Notes: generated from the sequence alone by a model not told the origin. Counted from the stretch's first letter, positions 1 through 13,528 are shown. The stretch: 64,000 nucleotides of DNA from Acidobacteriota bacterium (GCA_030550025.1 JAUQQC010000002.1:326058-390057); one strand, 5' to 3'. Program-made: numbers and translations.

Positions 1-1761
1 TTCACGAAGACGGGGGAGCGGCTCGTCGGGCAGTTGGCCAAGCGGCAGGCGATCTTGAATCCGGAGAACACGATCTATTCGGTCAAGCGGTTCATGGGGC
101 GGCGCTATTCGGAGGTGACGAGCGAGATCCGCAATGTCCCGTACAAGGTTGTGACTGGACCCAATGACGCTGTGCGGTTCGACATCATGGGGAAGCTCTA
201 CTCGCCCGAGGAGATCTCGGCGATGATCCTGCGCAAGCTCGTGGAGGATGCTTCGCGCTATCTTGGTGAGAAGATCACCGATGCGGTGATCACCGTTCCG
301 GCGTACTTCAACGACGCGCAGCGGACGGCCACGCGCGATGCCGGGAAGATCGCCGGGTTGAACGTCCTGCGGATCATCAACGAGCCGACGGCGGCGGCCC
401 TCGCCTATGGCTTGGACAAGAAGAAGAACGAGACCATCTTGGTCTTCGATCTCGGGGGAGGGACCTTCGACGTCTCCATCCTAGAAGTTGGCGATGGGGT
501 CTTCGAGGTGAAGGCGACAAGCGGCGACACGCATCTTGGCGGCGATGACTTCGACAAGCGGATCGTGGATTGGCTGGCCGAGGAGTTCAAGCGGGAGTAT
601 GGGATTGATTTGCGCAAGGATCGCCAGGCGCTGCAGCGGTTGACCGAGGCGGCCGAGAAGGCGAAGATTGAGCTCTCGAGCGTTATGGAGACGATCATCA
701 GTCTCCCCTTCATCACGGCCGATGCCACCGGACCGAAGCATCTGGAGATGAAGCTGACGCGCTCGAAGTTCGAGCAGTTGACGGCTGATCTGGTCGAGCG
801 CTGCATCGGGCCGGTCCGGCAAGCGCTCGCCGACGCGAAGATGACCGAGCGGGACATTGACGAAGTCATTCTCGTCGGGGGAGCGACGCGCATCCCGGCC
901 GTGCAGCAGCTGGTGCGGCGGCTGCTCGGGAAGGAGCCGAATCAGTCGGTGAACCCGGATGAAGTGGTGGCCATTGGGGCGGCCATTCAGGCAGGGGTGT
1001 TGGCGGGTGAGGTCAAGGAAGTTCTGCTGTTGGATGTCGTCCCGCTCTCACTGGGGGTGGAGACGCTCGGGGGCGTGATGACGAAGATCATCGAGCGGAA
1101 CACGACCATTCCTGTGCGGCGGACGGAGATCTTCACCACGGCCGAGGACAATCAGACGGCCGTGGACATTCACATCCTGCAGGGCGAGCGCGAGATGGCG
1201 CGCGACAACCGCACGCTCGGGCGGTTCCGCCTGGAAGGCATCGCGCCAGCGCCGCGCGGCGTTCCGCAGATTGAAGTGACGTTCGATATTGATGCCAATG
1301 GCATCCTGCATGTGAGCGCGCGCGATAAGGCGACCGGGCGCGAGGCCAAGATCACGATCACCGGCTCGACGCAGCTCTCCAAGGAGGAGATCGAGCGGAT
1401 GATCCGTGAGGCGGAGATGTACGCGGAGGAGGATCGGCGGCGGCGCGAGCTGGTCGAAGCGCGCAATCAGGCCGATAGCCTCGCCTATCAGGTCGAGCGT
1501 ACCTTGCGCGATCTGGGCGATAAAGTGCCGGCGCCGGAGCGCGCGCGCGCCGAGCATTTGATCCAGGAGATCCGCCAAGCGATCAAGGAGGAGGCGGGGA
1601 TCGAGCGGATTCGCCAACTCACGTCCGAGTTGCAGCAGGTCGCGCATCAGATCGCGGCCATCGCCTATGGGCACGCGACCTCGGCTGGCGCGGGAACATC
1701 GGGCCGATCCGATGGCGGATCCGAAGATGTGATTGATGCGGAGTTCAAACCCAGTCATTGA
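1..1761 (+). CDS. dnaK: Molecular chaperone DnaK (Hsp70), 5'-truncated at window edge
   Basis: Frame 1 is open from nt 1 ([35 protein letters not shown]...); Hsp70 signatures [38 protein letters not shown]; C-terminal Gly/Ser-rich tail. Confidence 0.97.
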   Translation, partial: FTKTGERLVGQLAKRQAILNPENTIYSVKRFMGRRYSEVTSEIRNVPYKVVTGPNDAVRFDIMGKLYSPEEISAMILRKLVEDASRYLGEKITDAVITVPAYFNDAQRTATRDAGKIAGLNVLRIINEPTAAALAYGLDKKKNETILVFDLGGGTFDVSILEVGDGVFEVKATSGDTHLGGDDFDKRIVDWLAEEFKREYGIDLRKDRQALQRLTEAAEKAKIELSSVMETIISLPFITADATGPKHLEMKLTRSKFEQLTADLVERCIGPVRQALADAKMTERDIDEVILVGGATRIPAVQQLVRRLLGKEPNQSVNPDEVVAIGAAIQAGVLAGEVKEVLLLDVVPLSLGVETLGGVMTKIIERNTTIPVRRTEIFTTAEDNQTAVDIHILQGEREMARDNRTLGRFRLEGIAPAPRGVPQIEVTFDIDANGILHVSARDKATGREAKITITGSTQLSKEEIERMIREAEMYAEEDRRRRELVEARNQADSLAYQVERTLRDLGDKVPAPERARAEHLIQEIRQAIKEEAGIERIRQLTSELQQVAHQIAAIAYGHATSAGAGTSGRSDGGSEDVIDAEFKPSH

Positions 1762-1809
1762 TGTCCACGTGAGCGATCGCGTGGAACCTCGTGGAGGTGA
1801 AGGCATCCT

Positions 1810-2301
1810 ATGCCACGTCGGAAGAAGACGCAAGCTGAAGAGCCGGCTCTCCCCACGCCGGAAGAGCCGGCTTCTACCTATGAAGAGCCGGTCGAACCCT
1901 ACGACGATGTCCTCGAGGAAGACTACTACGAGGACGATTTCGCTGTAGAGGAGGAGCCTTTGGAGATCGCCGAAGAAGAGGTTGAGGAAGAGAGGGCGCC
2001 GGTTTCGGAGGCGGTATCCGAGCCTGAGGAGGAGGTGGTCGAGCCGGTTGCTCCTCGATATGAGACGCGCCAGGAGATGCTGGCGCGGCTCATGCGGCGG
2101 CTATTGGCGGCGCGCGAGCGCGTGCGGGCGACTTTGGAGCGCGTGCGCGACATCAATGCGCAGTTGCGCGATGCCGGACCTCGTCCGCCCGACCGCCTGA
2201 AGGAGCAATATCAGCGGGCTATTGCTGAGCTGAGCGCGGCGCGGCGAGAGGAGAACCTCGCGCGGGCCGAGTTGATTCAGGCCCTGAATTGGCGAGGATG
2301 A
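1810..2301 (+). CDS. Hypothetical acidic coiled-coil protein (163 aa) between dnaK and dnaJ
   Basis: GGAGGTGA Shine-Dalgarno about 9 nt upstream; N-terminal half extremely E/D/P-rich; C-terminal half heptad-like (RLMRRLLAARERVRATLERVRDINAQLRD...); no GrpE C-terminal beta-domain motifs. Confidence 0.6.
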   Translation: MPRRKKTQAEEPALPTPEEPASTYEEPVEPYDDVLEEDYYEDDFAVEEEPLEIAEEEVEEERAPVSEAVSEPEEEVVEPVAPRYETRQEMLARLMRRLLAARERVRATLERVRDINAQLRDAGPRPPDRLKEQYQRAIAELSAARREENLARAELIQALNWRG

Positions 2302-2378
2302 GAGGGCGCAGTTCGCTCTTGCGCACTCCGCGAGGCCAAGAGAGCCCGGACTGAGCCACCCCCTGTGGGGGATGGGCT

Positions 2379-3308
2379 ATGGCGGTCAAGTACAAAGACT
2401 ATTACGAGATCCTGGGTGTCCCTCGAACGGCCACGCAAGAGGAGATCAAAGCGGCTTTCCGCCGCCTGGCCCGAAAGTATCACCCGGACTTGAATCCGGG
2501 GGATAAGCAGGCGGAGGAGAAGTTCAAGGAGATCAACGAGGCCTACGAGGTCCTGGGGGATCCCAAAAAACGCGAACTCTACGATCGGTTGGGGCCGAAT
2601 TGGAAAGCGGGCGCGGACTTCACGCCACCGCCGGACTGGGAGAAGATTCGGATCGACTTCGGCGATTTCGACTTCTTCACGGGTGGGCCGGGGAGTTTCA
2701 GCGATTTCTTCGAGACGCTCTTTGGAGGGCTACGTGGTCGGACGGCATCGCGCCGTTCGGCGACGGGCACGCGCGTCGGTTGGGGGATTCGGGGGAGCGA
2801 CATCGAGTCCGAGTTGACGCTCACGCTCGAAGAGGCGCATCGCGGGACGACGCGTCGGGTCACGCTCCCCAATGGGCGAACGGTCGAGGTGAAGATCCCG
2901 GCCGGCGTGCGTGAAGGCTCGGTGATTCGGCTTGCGGGACAAGGCGAACCGGGCCTGGGTGGTCCTGCAGGCGATCTCTACTTGAAGGTCCGGTTACAGA
3001 AGCATCCGATCTTCACGGTCTCCGGCGACGATGTCTACGTCGAGGTCCCGATCACGCCGTGGGAGGCCGTGCTGGGAGGGAAGATTCGGGTTCCGACGTT
3101 GGACGGTACGGTGGAGGTGACGCTCCCGCCGGGCTCGCAGAGTGGACAGAAGCTCCGGCTGCGCGGTCAGGGCTTGAACCGTCGGCGTGGTGGGCGTGGC
3201 GATCAATACGTGCAGCTTCGGATCGTCGTCCCCACGAATCCGACGCCGGCTGAACGTCGCTTGTTCGAGCAGTTGGCGCGCGAGTCGAGCTTCAACCCTC
3301 GATCGTGA
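2379..3308 (+). CDS. dnaJ: DnaJ-family co-chaperone, class II (J domain plus G/F linker plus C-terminal substrate domains, no CxxCxGxG zinc finger)
   Basis: YYEILGV...KYHPDLNP J-domain with HPD motif; Gly/Phe-rich linker [19 protein letters not shown]; no zinc-finger repeats; C-terminal beta domains. Confidence 0.9.
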   Translation: MAVKYKDYYEILGVPRTATQEEIKAAFRRLARKYHPDLNPGDKQAEEKFKEINEAYEVLGDPKKRELYDRLGPNWKAGADFTPPPDWEKIRIDFGDFDFFTGGPGSFSDFFETLFGGLRGRTASRRSATGTRVGWGIRGSDIESELTLTLEEAHRGTTRRVTLPNGRTVEVKIPAGVREGSVIRLAGQGEPGLGGPAGDLYLKVRLQKHPIFTVSGDDVYVEVPITPWEAVLGGKIRVPTLDGTVEVTLPPGSQSGQKLRLRGQGLNRRRGGRGDQYVQLRIVVPTNPTPAERRLFEQLARESSFNPRS

Positions 3309-3369
3309 GTGTCGTGCGGGGCCTCGCGGAGATGCGCTTCCGAAAAGATCAAGAGTCGGGAGAGGGTCT

Positions 3370-6008
3370 ATGGATTTCAATCGCCTGACGGAGAAGGTGC
3401 AAGAGGCGGTGCGCGCGGCGCAAAGCCTTGCGGCGCGCTATAGCCATCAACAGATTGACGTCGAGCATCTGCTGCTGGCGCTCCTGCAGCAGGAGGGGGG
3501 ACTGGCCTCGGCGATCTTGGAGAAGGCGGGGGTGGACCCGAAGCTCGTCCGGACCCGTCTGGAACAAGAGCTGGCGCGCTGGCCGAAGGTGAGCGGTCCG
3601 GCGGCCGGCCCTGATTTCGTGTATATCACCGGGCGGCTCAACCGTCTGTTCGCGGTGGCTGAGGAGGAAGCGGCGCGGCTCAAGGACGAATACGTGAGCG
3701 TCGAGCACCTGCTGCTCGCGATCCTGGAAGAGGGGCGCGGCGGCGCGGCCGGACGCTTGTTGCTGGACCTCGGCCTAGATCGGGATCGTCTGATGAAGGC
3801 CTTGCAGCAGATTCGCGGCACGCAGCGGGTGACGAGTCCGACGCCGGAGGCGACGTATCAAGCGCTTGAGCGCTATGGGCGCGATCTGACTAAGCTCGCC
3901 GCCCAAGGGAAGCTCGATCCCGTCATCGGACGAGACGATGAGATCCGGCGCGTGATTCAGGTGCTCTCGCGTCGGACGAAGAACAATCCGGTCCTGATCG
4001 GTGAGCCGGGCGTCGGCAAGACGGCCATCGTCGAGGGGTTGGCGCAACGCATCGTGCGCGGGGATGTCCCCGAGGGCTTGAAGAACAAGCGCGTCATTCA
4101 ACTGGATATGGGGGCGCTCATCGCGGGCGCGAAATATCGCGGCGAGTTCGAAGAGCGGCTGAAGGCCGTGCTGCGCGAGGTACAGGAGTCGCAGGGCGAG
4201 ATCATCCTCTTCATTGACGAGCTGCATACGGTCGTGGGCGCCGGTCGGGCTGAAGGAGCGACGATGGATGCCAGCAATCTGCTGAAGCCGATGCTCGCGC
4301 GCGGCGAGCTGCGCTGCATCGGTGCGACGACGCTCGACGAATATCGCAAGTACATCGAGAAGGACGCCGCGCTCGAACGCCGCTTCCAACCGATCCTGGT
4401 TGGCGAGCCATCGGTCGAGGACACGATCTCGATCTTGCGCGGATTGAAGGAGCGGTATGAGGTCCATCATGGGGTGCGCATCAAGGACTCGGCGCTGGTG
4501 GCGGCGGCGATGCTCAGCCATCGCTACATCTCCGATCGCTTCTTGCCGGATAAGGCGATCGATCTTGTGGACGAGGCGGCGGCGCGGCTCAGGACCGAGA
4601 TCGACTCGATGCCTTCGGAGTTGGATGAGATCCTACGGCGGATCATGCAACTGGAGATCGAGCGTGAGGGGTTGAAGCGGGAGACCGATCCGGCCTCGCG
4701 CGAGCGATTGCGCAAGATCGAGGAGGAGCTGGCGGAGCTGCGTATGCGTGCGGATCGGCTCCGCGCACAGTGGGAGGAGGAGAAGCAGATCCTCGCCCGC
4801 TTACGCGAGCTGCGCGAGCAGATCGAGCAGACGAAGATCCTCATCGAGCAAGCCGAGCGGGCTTATGATCTCAATCGCGCGGCCGAGTTACGCTATGGGC
4901 GTTTGGTCGAGTTGGAGAAGCAGATGCGCGAGCAAGAGGCCCAGCTCGCGGAGCTGGCGGCGCGGCATGGCGGCGTGCGCTTGCTCAAGGAGGAGGTGGA
5001 TGAGGAGGACATCGCCGAGGTCGTGAGCCGCTGGACGGGCATCCCCGTGAGCCGTCTGCTGGAGGGGGAGATTCAGAAGCTGCTGCGTCTGGAGGAGGAG
5101 TTGCACCGCCGCGTCGTCGGACAGGAGGAAGCCGTGCGCGCCGTGGCCGAAGCCGTGCGTCGGGCGCGCGCGGGATTGAAGGATCCGAATCGCCCGATCG
5201 GCAGCTTCATCTTCCTCGGTCCGACCGGCGTCGGGAAGACGGAGCTGGCGCGTGCCCTCGCCGAGTGTCTCTTCGACGACGAGCGCGCCCTCATTCGGAT
5301 CGATATGTCCGAGTACATGGAGAAGCACGCGGTCGCTCGCTTGATCGGCGCGCCGCCCGGCTACGTCGGATACGAAGAAGGGGGACAGCTCACGGAGGCC
5401 GTGCGCCGTCGGCCGTATTCGGTCATCCTTTTCGACGAGCTGGAGAAGGCGCATTGGGATGTCTTCAACATCCTCTTGCAGATCCTCGATGATGGGCGGC
5501 TCACCGACAGTCATGGTCGGACGGTGGATTTCAAGAACACGATCATCATCATGACGTCGAACATCGGGAGCCATTTGATCCTCGAACATCGCGGCGGGAC
5601 GGATGAGAGCTACGAGCGGATGAGGGAGACCGTGCTCGCCGAATTGCGGCGGACGTTCCGTCCCGAATTCCTGAATCGCGTGGACGAGATCGTCGTCTTC
5701 CATGCGCTGACGGAAGAACATCTGAAGCGCATCGTGGAGATCCAACTCGAGCGCCTGCGGCAGCGCGTGCGGGATCGGCAGATCGAGTTGGAGCTGACCG
5801 AGCGAGCGAAAGCGCGTCTGGCCGAGTGGGGGTATGATCCCGTCTTCGGTGCGCGGCCGCTCAAGCGGGTGATCCAGCGGGAGGTGGAGACGCCGCTGGC
5901 GAAATTGATCTTGCAGGGAGAGGTGCGAGATAATTCCCTCGTGATCGTGGATGAAGATGGCGGCCGGCTCACCTTCTCGGTTCAGCCGAAGGAGGTGTCG
6001 GTGGCCGA

Positions 6009-6012
<4 letters not shown>
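3370..6012 (+). CDS. clpB: ATP-dependent chaperone ClpB (Hsp104-type disaggregase)
   Basis: ATG at 3370 ([14 protein letters not shown]...) preferred over the track start 3187, which would overlap dnaJ; two AAA+ modules ([16 protein letters not shown]) and a long coiled-coil M domain; 881 aa. Confidence 0.95.
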
Positions 6013-7559
<1,547 letters not shown>

Positions 7560-7586
7560 CCCATCTCGCGGGCGGGGAAGGGAGCG

Positions 7587-7880
7587 ATGTTCTACATCTT
7601 GCGGCGAGCCAACGGTGAGATCTTCACGCTCCAGAGAGATGGCGTCTCCTACATCGCCGTCTGGGCCGATGAACGCGATGTGCGGCGCAGTAAGAGCGCG
7701 AACCCGGACTTGATGGTCTACGTGCCGGCTCCCGCGGACGAACGCGTGCTCAGGCGGTGGTTGGGTGATCGTCCGATGCGTTTCTTCCTCGTGGATAGCC
7801 GGAATCCGGATTTGAGAACTGGGCGCGAGATCTCGCCGGAGGAGGTCCTCGGCCAGGCGGCGCTTCCGAAGGCGGCGTAA
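7587..7880 (+). CDS. Hypothetical protein (97 aa)
   Basis: GGGGAAGGGAG Shine-Dalgarno before the ATG; fills the gap between htrA and ftsH on the same strand; no recognisable motif. Confidence 0.45.
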   Translation: MFYILRRANGEIFTLQRDGVSYIAVWADERDVRRSKSANPDLMVYVPAPADERVLRRWLGDRPMRFFLVDSRNPDLRTGREISPEEVLGQAALPKAA

Positions 7881-7908
7881 CGGATGCTGTTCCTTCGGAA
7901 GGAGAGGC

Positions 7909-9798
7909 GTGGAGAATGGGGCTTTCGCCCCGAGAGAGGGGTATATGGATAAGCTCGCCAAGCAGAAGTGGGTCTTCAGTGGCCTCTATTTGCTCTTCAT
8001 GCTGGGGGTCTTGTTCTCCATCCACCAGTATGCGCGGGTGAGGCCGCAGCCGATCGCCTACAGCGAGCTGCTTGAGGCCGTGCGCGGCGGCAGGGTGGTT
8101 GAGGTATGGATCAGCGAGAGCGAGGTCCGGGCGCGTCTCTCCGAAGGCGAGAAGCTTGTGGTCGCCACACGCGTGCCGGGCATTGAGGAGACAGCTTTGC
8201 TCCAGGAGCTTGAGAAGCGTCGCGTGAAGTTCTCCGGCGTGATCGAGCGCGCCTCTTGGTGGGAGCAGCTCTTCCTCTATTGGATCCTGCCGCTGCTGAT
8301 CCTCGGCGCCCTGTGGGGATATGGGATGCGTCGGCTGGCGCAGGGGGGGAGCGGCGCGCTCACCTTCGGTCGCAGCAAGGCGAAGATCTACGACACTAGC
8401 AGCGAGAACCGCGTGACTTTCGCCGATGTCGCGGGCGTGGACGAGGCGAAAGCCGAACTGATGGAGATCGTGGATTTCTTGAAGCATCCGGCTCGGTATC
8501 AACGGTTGGGTGGGCGCATTCCAAAAGGCGTATTGCTCATCGGGCCGCCGGGGACGGGCAAGACGCTTCTGGCGCGCGCAGTGGCAGGCGAAGCCGGGGT
8601 GCCCTTCTTTGCCCTCTCGGGCTCGGAGTTCGTCGAGATGTTCGTCGGCGTCGGCGCCGCCCGCGTGCGCGATCTCTTCGAGCAGGCGAAGCGGCGCGCT
8701 CCATGCATCGTCTTCATTGACGAGTTGGATGCCATTGGGAAGATGCGGGCCGTCGGCGGCGGACTCGCGGGCGCTCATGACGAGCGCGAGCAAACGCTCA
8801 ATCAGTTGCTCGTCGAGATGGATGGGTTTGATCCCTCAAAGGGGGTAATCATCATGGCGGCGACCAATCGGCCGGAGATCCTGGATCCGGCCCTACTGCG
8901 CGCGGGGCGCTTCGATCGACGGATCATCATTGACAAGCCCGATGTGAGAGGGCGCGAGGAGATCTTGCGCGTGCATGTACGGAAGATCCGATTGGCGCCG
9001 GATGTGGATTTGCGCGTCATCGCGGCGCGGACGCCGGGAATGGTCGGCGCCGATTTGGCCAACATCGTGAACGAGGCCGCGCTCTTGGCTGCACGCCGTG
9101 GGGCGGAGGCTGTCGAGATGCGGGATTTCGAGAACGCCATTGATCGCGTCCTGCTCGGCTTGGAGAAGAAGGGGCGGGTCATGTTGCCGGAGGAGAAAGA
9201 GCGGGTGGCGTATCATGAGGTCGGACATGCGCTCTGCGCCCTCTCGGTGCCGCATGCCGATCCCGTGCACAAGGTCACGATCATTCCGCGCACGATCGGC
9301 GCGCTCGGCGCGACGCTGCAGCTACCGACGGAGGATCGGTATCTGCTGACGAAGCTGCAACTGGAGGATCGCTTGGTCGTGCTGCTTGGGGGGCGAGCCG
9401 CCGAGGAGTTGATCTTCGGCGACGTCTCGACCGGGGCGCATAACGATCTGGAGCAGGCGACCGAGATCGCGCGACAGATGGTCATGCGCTTTGGGATGAG
9501 CGAGCGCTTGGGGCCGCTGACCTATGGGCGTCCATGGACCGGACAGTTCCTGCAAGCCGCTCTCCCATTGGGGGAGGAGCGGAATTTCAGCGAACAGACG
9601 GCGCGCGTGATTGATGAGGAAGTGCAGCGGGTGGTGGCCGAGGCCTACGAGCGCGCGCGGACGATCTTGCGTGAGAAGCAGGCGGCGCTTCACCATGTGG
9701 CGCGAGAACTGATCAAACGTGAGACCTTGGATCGCGAGGAGTTGGAGCAGTTGGTGCGCGAGAGCATGGCCGTCGCAGCTCACGTGCTGGCCGAGTGA
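7909..9798 (+). CDS. ftsH: ATP-dependent zinc metalloprotease FtsH
   Basis: Two N-terminal TM segments; AAA Walker A GPPGTGKT; second region of homology; HEVGHAL zinc site; alternative start MDKLAKQK at 7945. Confidence 0.95.
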   Translation: MENGAFAPREGYMDKLAKQKWVFSGLYLLFMLGVLFSIHQYARVRPQPIAYSELLEAVRGGRVVEVWISESEVRARLSEGEKLVVATRVPGIEETALLQELEKRRVKFSGVIERASWWEQLFLYWILPLLILGALWGYGMRRLAQGGSGALTFGRSKAKIYDTSSENRVTFADVAGVDEAKAELMEIVDFLKHPARYQRLGGRIPKGVLLIGPPGTGKTLLARAVAGEAGVPFFALSGSEFVEMFVGVGAARVRDLFEQAKRRAPCIVFIDELDAIGKMRAVGGGLAGAHDEREQTLNQLLVEMDGFDPSKGVIIMAATNRPEILDPALLRAGRFDRRIIIDKPDVRGREEILRVHVRKIRLAPDVDLRVIAARTPGMVGADLANIVNEAALLAARRGAEAVEMRDFENAIDRVLLGLEKKGRVMLPEEKERVAYHEVGHALCALSVPHADPVHKVTIIPRTIGALGATLQLPTEDRYLLTKLQLEDRLVVLLGGRAAEELIFGDVSTGAHNDLEQATEIARQMVMRFGMSERLGPLTYGRPWTGQFLQAALPLGEERNFSEQTARVIDEEVQRVVAEAYERARTILREKQAALHHVARELIKRETLDREELEQLVRESMAVAAHVLAE

Positions 9799-9874
9799 AG
9801 GCCGATTCGGAATGAGGCCGATCGAGCGCCTTTCGGGCGCGGTCTCGTTCCGGGAGGAGAAAGCGAGGTGGGTT

Positions 9875-11257
9875 ATGTCGGCCGTTGTCTTCGCCGGAGT
9901 GTCTCCGCACCCTCCGATCATCGTCCCGGAGATCGGCGGGCAACACCTGAAGGACGTGGAGGCGACGGTGCGTGGTGTCCAGGAGATGATGCGCCGTCTG
10001 GTTGCCGCGCGGCCGGATGTCGTCGTCATCATCAGTCCGCACGCGCCGCTTGATCCCCGCAGCTTCAGCGCCTACAGCGGGCCTCGGCTGCGGGGAGATT
10101 TCTGGGATTTCGGAGCGCCGCAGGTCGAATTCGATGTCCCTAATCATGTCGTCCTGCTCTCGCGCCTGGCTGCCATCGCGCATGAGCGTGGCCTTCCGAT
10201 GTGGCTCGTCCCGGCCGGGCGGCGATTGGATCATGGCACGATGGTCCCGCTCTACTATCTGCTCCAGGCGGGGTGGCGATCGAGCGTCATGGTTGTCGGG
10301 CTGTCGCTGCGACCGTTCGAGGATCATATTCGCTTCGGCGAATGCCTGGCGGAAGCGGCTGCACAACTGGGCCTCCGTCTGGCGATTTGCGCCAGCGGCG
10401 ATATGAGTCACCGGTTGAAGCCGGGAGCGCCGGCCGGGTATCATCCCGAAGCGCATCGGTATGATGAGGTGATCGTGGAAGCGATTCGCGCCGGCGATTT
10501 CGAGCGCATCCTGCGCATTGATCCCGATCTGCGGGAAGAGGCCGGAGAGGACATCTATCGCTCATTGTTGATCGCCTATGGGACTTTGGGACGTACCCTG
10601 CATCGTCCGGAGGTCTTCTCCTATGAGGGGCCTTTCGGCGTCGGATACATGGCCGCCGTGCTCGCCGATTACTCCGATCATGCGTCGGAGGCCGAATTGC
10701 TGGCGGTGGGCGAATCGGATCTGCCCGCACTCGCGCGGCGAGCCGTTCACGCGTATGTGACGGAGGGACGCCTTCTCGATCCCCCATCGCAACTTCGCGG
10801 GGGCGCAGCCGAGCGCGCGGGCGTCTTCGTCAGCATCAAGACGCGTCAAGGCCAGTTGCGCGGGTGCATCGGGACCATTGAGCCTACTCAAGAGAACGTA
10901 GCGCGTGAGGTCATCCACAATGCCATCGCCGCCGCGACGCGCGATCCGCGATTCGACCCAGTGCGCGCGGACGAGCTCGAGGAGCTGGTCTTCTCGGTGG
11001 ATATCCTCTCCCCGCCGGAACCAGTCGCCGATCCGCACCATCTCGATCCGAAGCGATATGGTGTCATCGTGGAGACTGAGGACGGGCGACGCGGATTGCT
11101 GCTGCCGGATCTGCCGGGGATCGAGACCGTCGAACGACAGCTTCATTATGCGCGCGCAAAGGCTGGCATTCGGCCGGATGAGCCGATCCAGATTTACCGC
11201 TTCACCGTTCGGCGGATTCGGGAGCAGGGACGCGCAGCGGCGGATGCCGAAGTCTGA
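9875..11257 (+). CDS. Fusion protein: Memo/LigB-superfamily (class-III extradiol-dioxygenase-like) domain plus C-terminal AMMECR1 domain
   Basis: ATG 9875 with GAGG 7 nt upstream (track ORF starts earlier at 9719); N-terminal region has [28 protein letters not shown] typical of the Memo/LigB fold; C-terminal [22 protein letters not shown]...PRFDPV...FSVDILS matches AMMECR1. Confidence 0.8.
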   Translation: MSAVVFAGVSPHPPIIVPEIGGQHLKDVEATVRGVQEMMRRLVAARPDVVVIISPHAPLDPRSFSAYSGPRLRGDFWDFGAPQVEFDVPNHVVLLSRLAAIAHERGLPMWLVPAGRRLDHGTMVPLYYLLQAGWRSSVMVVGLSLRPFEDHIRFGECLAEAAAQLGLRLAICASGDMSHRLKPGAPAGYHPEAHRYDEVIVEAIRAGDFERILRIDPDLREEAGEDIYRSLLIAYGTLGRTLHRPEVFSYEGPFGVGYMAAVLADYSDHASEAELLAVGESDLPALARRAVHAYVTEGRLLDPPSQLRGGAAERAGVFVSIKTRQGQLRGCIGTIEPTQENVAREVIHNAIAAATRDPRFDPVRADELEELVFSVDILSPPEPVADPHHLDPKRYGVIVETEDGRRGLLLPDLPGIETVERQLHYARAKAGIRPDEPIQIYRFTVRRIREQGRAAADAEV

Positions 11258-11285
11258 GCGGCGGAATCTCATTCGGAGGTGCGCT

Positions 11286-12422
11286 ATGGTCTCGTATGCG
11301 GATATCGAGAGGTTGAGGGCCTATGTGCCGCAAGGCGATGGATGGGTCTTGAGCGTGTATCTGGATGTGGATCAGTCGAAGGCGAGCAATTTGAAGCGGG
11401 GGTTCGAAACGGTGTTGCAAAATCTCCTGCGGGAGGTCGAGCAGGGGATGGACGAGCGCGCTCGTGAGGAGTTCGCGGCGAACCGAGCGCGCGTGTTGCG
11501 GTTCCTGCAGAGCTATGAGCCGAGGAAGAAGGGGTTGGTCCTCTTCTCCGATGTGCGACATGAGTTTTGGTGGGATCGCGAGCTGCCCGTCCTATTGCCG
11601 AACGTCGTTCGCTTTGAGCGGGCGCCGTATCTTCGACCGCTCATCGAAGTCCTCGACGAATATGAGCGATACGGCGTCGTCCTCATCGACAAGGAGAAGG
11701 CACGCCTGTTCACCGTGCACCTGGGCGAGATCGAAGAGCACGAGGCGGTCTTCGACGACGTGCCGCGCCGCACGGTGACGACGAGCATGGATCGGCTTTG
11801 GTCGCAGAAGAATCTCCAGCGGCACCATGATACGCATGTGCATTGGCACGCCGCGCATGTGGCCGAGCGATTGCGGGAGTTGGTCGAGCGCTACCATTTC
11901 GATCGGCTCATCGTCGGGGGCACGGTGGAAGCCGTGGGCGAACTGATGCGCGTCCTGCCCAAGCGCTTGCGCGAGCGCGTGGCGGGCACGATCTCCGTCC
12001 CAGTGACGGCCTCGGCGTCGGATGTCCTCGCCGAGGTGCTTCGCCTGGAGGAACAGGTCGAGCGGCAAGCGGAGCAGCAATTGGTGGAGTCCCTGTTGAC
12101 GGCAGCCGGCAAGGGCGATCGAGCCGTCATCGGTCCGACGGCGACGCTGGAAGCGCTTCATGAGGGGCGCGTCTGGCGGCTCCTGTACGTCGGTAACCAT
12201 ATCCTCACGGGCTCGGCGTGCGCGCAATGTGGCGCGCTCTTTTGGGAGCCGCAACGCGAGACCTGCTGGTATTGCGGCGGGAAGTTAGAACCGGCGCCCG
12301 ATTTCTTGAACCGCGTCTTGGAACGCGCGCTCGCTTTGGGTGGGAGCGTGGAAGAGGTCCGAGGTCCGGCGGCGGAGAGGCTGAAGGCTGCCGGAGGATT
12401 GGGCGCATTCCTGCGCTATTGA
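11286..12422 (+). CDS. Hypothetical protein with C-terminal CxxC...CxxC zinc ribbon; possible eRF1/Pelota-like (baeRF) fold
   Basis: GGAGG Shine-Dalgarno before ATG 11286 (track ORF 10905 has an N-extension overlapping the upstream gene); WVLSVYLDVDQSK N-terminal segment; LIVGGTVEAVG central segment; terminal CAQCG...CWYCGG ribbon; fold assignment is tentative. Confidence 0.7.
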   Translation: MVSYADIERLRAYVPQGDGWVLSVYLDVDQSKASNLKRGFETVLQNLLREVEQGMDERAREEFAANRARVLRFLQSYEPRKKGLVLFSDVRHEFWWDRELPVLLPNVVRFERAPYLRPLIEVLDEYERYGVVLIDKEKARLFTVHLGEIEEHEAVFDDVPRRTVTTSMDRLWSQKNLQRHHDTHVHWHAAHVAERLRELVERYHFDRLIVGGTVEAVGELMRVLPKRLRERVAGTISVPVTASASDVLAEVLRLEEQVERQAEQQLVESLLTAAGKGDRAVIGPTATLEALHEGRVWRLLYVGNHILTGSACAQCGALFWEPQRETCWYCGGKLEPAPDFLNRVLERALALGGSVEEVRGPAAERLKAAGGLGAFLRY

Positions 12423-12438
12423 ACCGTGAGGGGGGGCG

Positions 12439-13188
12439 ATGAGCGAAGAGGCGATAGATGTCCTGGCTGTGGGCGCCCATCCCGACGATGTCGAGTTGGC
12501 GATGGGGGGGACATTGCTCAAGTTGGCATCCTTGGGGTACCGCACGGGGATCGTGGATATGACGCGAGGAGAGGCCGGAACGCGCGGGACGCCCGAGGAG
12601 CGAGCGCGCGAGGCTGCCGAAGCGGCGCGCATCTTGCGCGTCGTCGTGCGCGAGACGCTTGGGTTGCCCGATACCCGCGTCCTCTGCACGGATGAGGCGC
12701 GACGCGCCTTCGTGCGCGTGCTCCGGCGGCTTCGCCCCAAGGTCGTCTTCACCCATCATTGGGAGGATCCGCATCCGGATCACGCGCATACGAGCCGGAT
12801 CGTGCGCGAGGCGGCGTTTCTGGCGGGATTGCCCAAATACGATCCCGAGACGGGGCATGCGCGCCATCGGCCGAACGCAGTGGCGTATTTCCTCTTCCCT
12901 CGTACCCTCCCGCCGAGCTTCATCGTGGACATCACCACGTTCGCCGAGGAGAAGTTGCGGGCGATTCGGGCGCATCGTTCGCAGCTTTATGATCCCTCGC
13001 GTCCGGAGCCGGAGACGCGAATCAGTGCGGAAGGATTTCTGCGGCGCGTGGAAGCTCGGCAGCGCTACTACGGGGCACTCATTGATGTCGAACATGGGGA
13101 GGCGTTTCTGGTGCGCGAAGTGTTGAACGTCGAGGATCCCGTCGCGCTGCTCACGCGCCCGATGAACATCTACGCCTATCTCATCTGA
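12439..13188 (+). CDS. bshB1: PIG-L/LmbE-family N-acetylglucosaminide deacetylase (BshB1-like, bacillithiol pathway)
   Basis: [25 protein letters not shown] and [11 protein letters not shown] align with the BshB1/LmbE zinc-site motifs. Confidence 0.85.
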   Translation: MSEEAIDVLAVGAHPDDVELAMGGTLLKLASLGYRTGIVDMTRGEAGTRGTPEERAREAAEAARILRVVVRETLGLPDTRVLCTDEARRAFVRVLRRLRPKVVFTHHWEDPHPDHAHTSRIVREAAFLAGLPKYDPETGHARHRPNAVAYFLFPRTLPPSFIVDITTFAEEKLRAIRAHRSQLYDPSRPEPETRISAEGFLRRVEARQRYYGALIDVEHGEAFLVREVLNVEDPVALLTRPMNIYAYLI

Positions 13189-13201
13189 GTCCGGAGGCCA
13201 T

Positions 13202-13528
13202 ATGGGCGAGGAATATTGCTTGGGGGTGATCACGGCGAGTTCTCGCGAAGAGGCGGAGCGGATCGCTGAAGCCCTCGTTCACGAACGGCTGGCCGCGTGT
13301 GTCACGATCGTCCCTGAGGTCGAATCCGTGTACTGGTGGGAGGGCCAGGTCGTTCGGGATCGCGAGGCGCTGCTTCTGGTGAAGACGGTGCGAGCGAAGT
13401 GGCCGATGCTCATGGCGGCGGTGAAGGAGCGACATAGCTATCAAGTCCCGGAGATCATCGCCCTTCCCATTGTGGAGGGATCCGAGGCCTACCTGGAATG
13501 GCTCGAACGATCCCTCAGGGCATCTTGA
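13202..13528 (+). CDS. cutA: Divalent-cation tolerance protein CutA
   Basis: 108 aa; CutA1-like VITASSREEAERIAEALVHERLAACVTIVPEVESVYWWEGQV. Confidence 0.85.
   Translation: MGEEYCLGVITASSREEAERIAEALVHERLAACVTIVPEVESVYWWEGQVVRDREALLLVKTVRAKWPMLMAAVKERHSYQVPEIIALPIVEGSEAYLEWLERSLRAS

Noticed and set aside
2310-2340. TTGCGCACTC resembling a CIRCE half-site upstream of dnaJ
   Set aside because: No inverted partner (GAGTGC...) at the required 9-nt spacing. No HAIR element was found either; CTTGAGT at ~15684 is inside a coding region.
3187-3369. Upstream extensions of track ORFs (clpB from 3187; also 9719, 10905, 35104, 39637..40467 and 44599)
   Set aside because: The extensions overlap the preceding genes, lack ribosome-binding sites and add non-homologous residues. 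Internal ATGs with good Shine-Dalgarno sequences begin exactly where family homology starts.
4888-5745. 285-aa ORF antisense to clpB
   Set aside because: It lies entirely inside the strongly supported clpB reading frame. Long antisense ORFs are expected at this GC content; no motif was recognised.
7750-8793. 347-aa ORF antisense to ftsH (and the similar 9322..10032 and 9713..10456 ORFs antisense to the ftsH/Memo-AMMECR1 region)
   Set aside because: The opposite strand carries genes with unambiguous family signatures. These ORFs are Arg/Pro-rich with low complexity, typical of GC-rich antisense frames.
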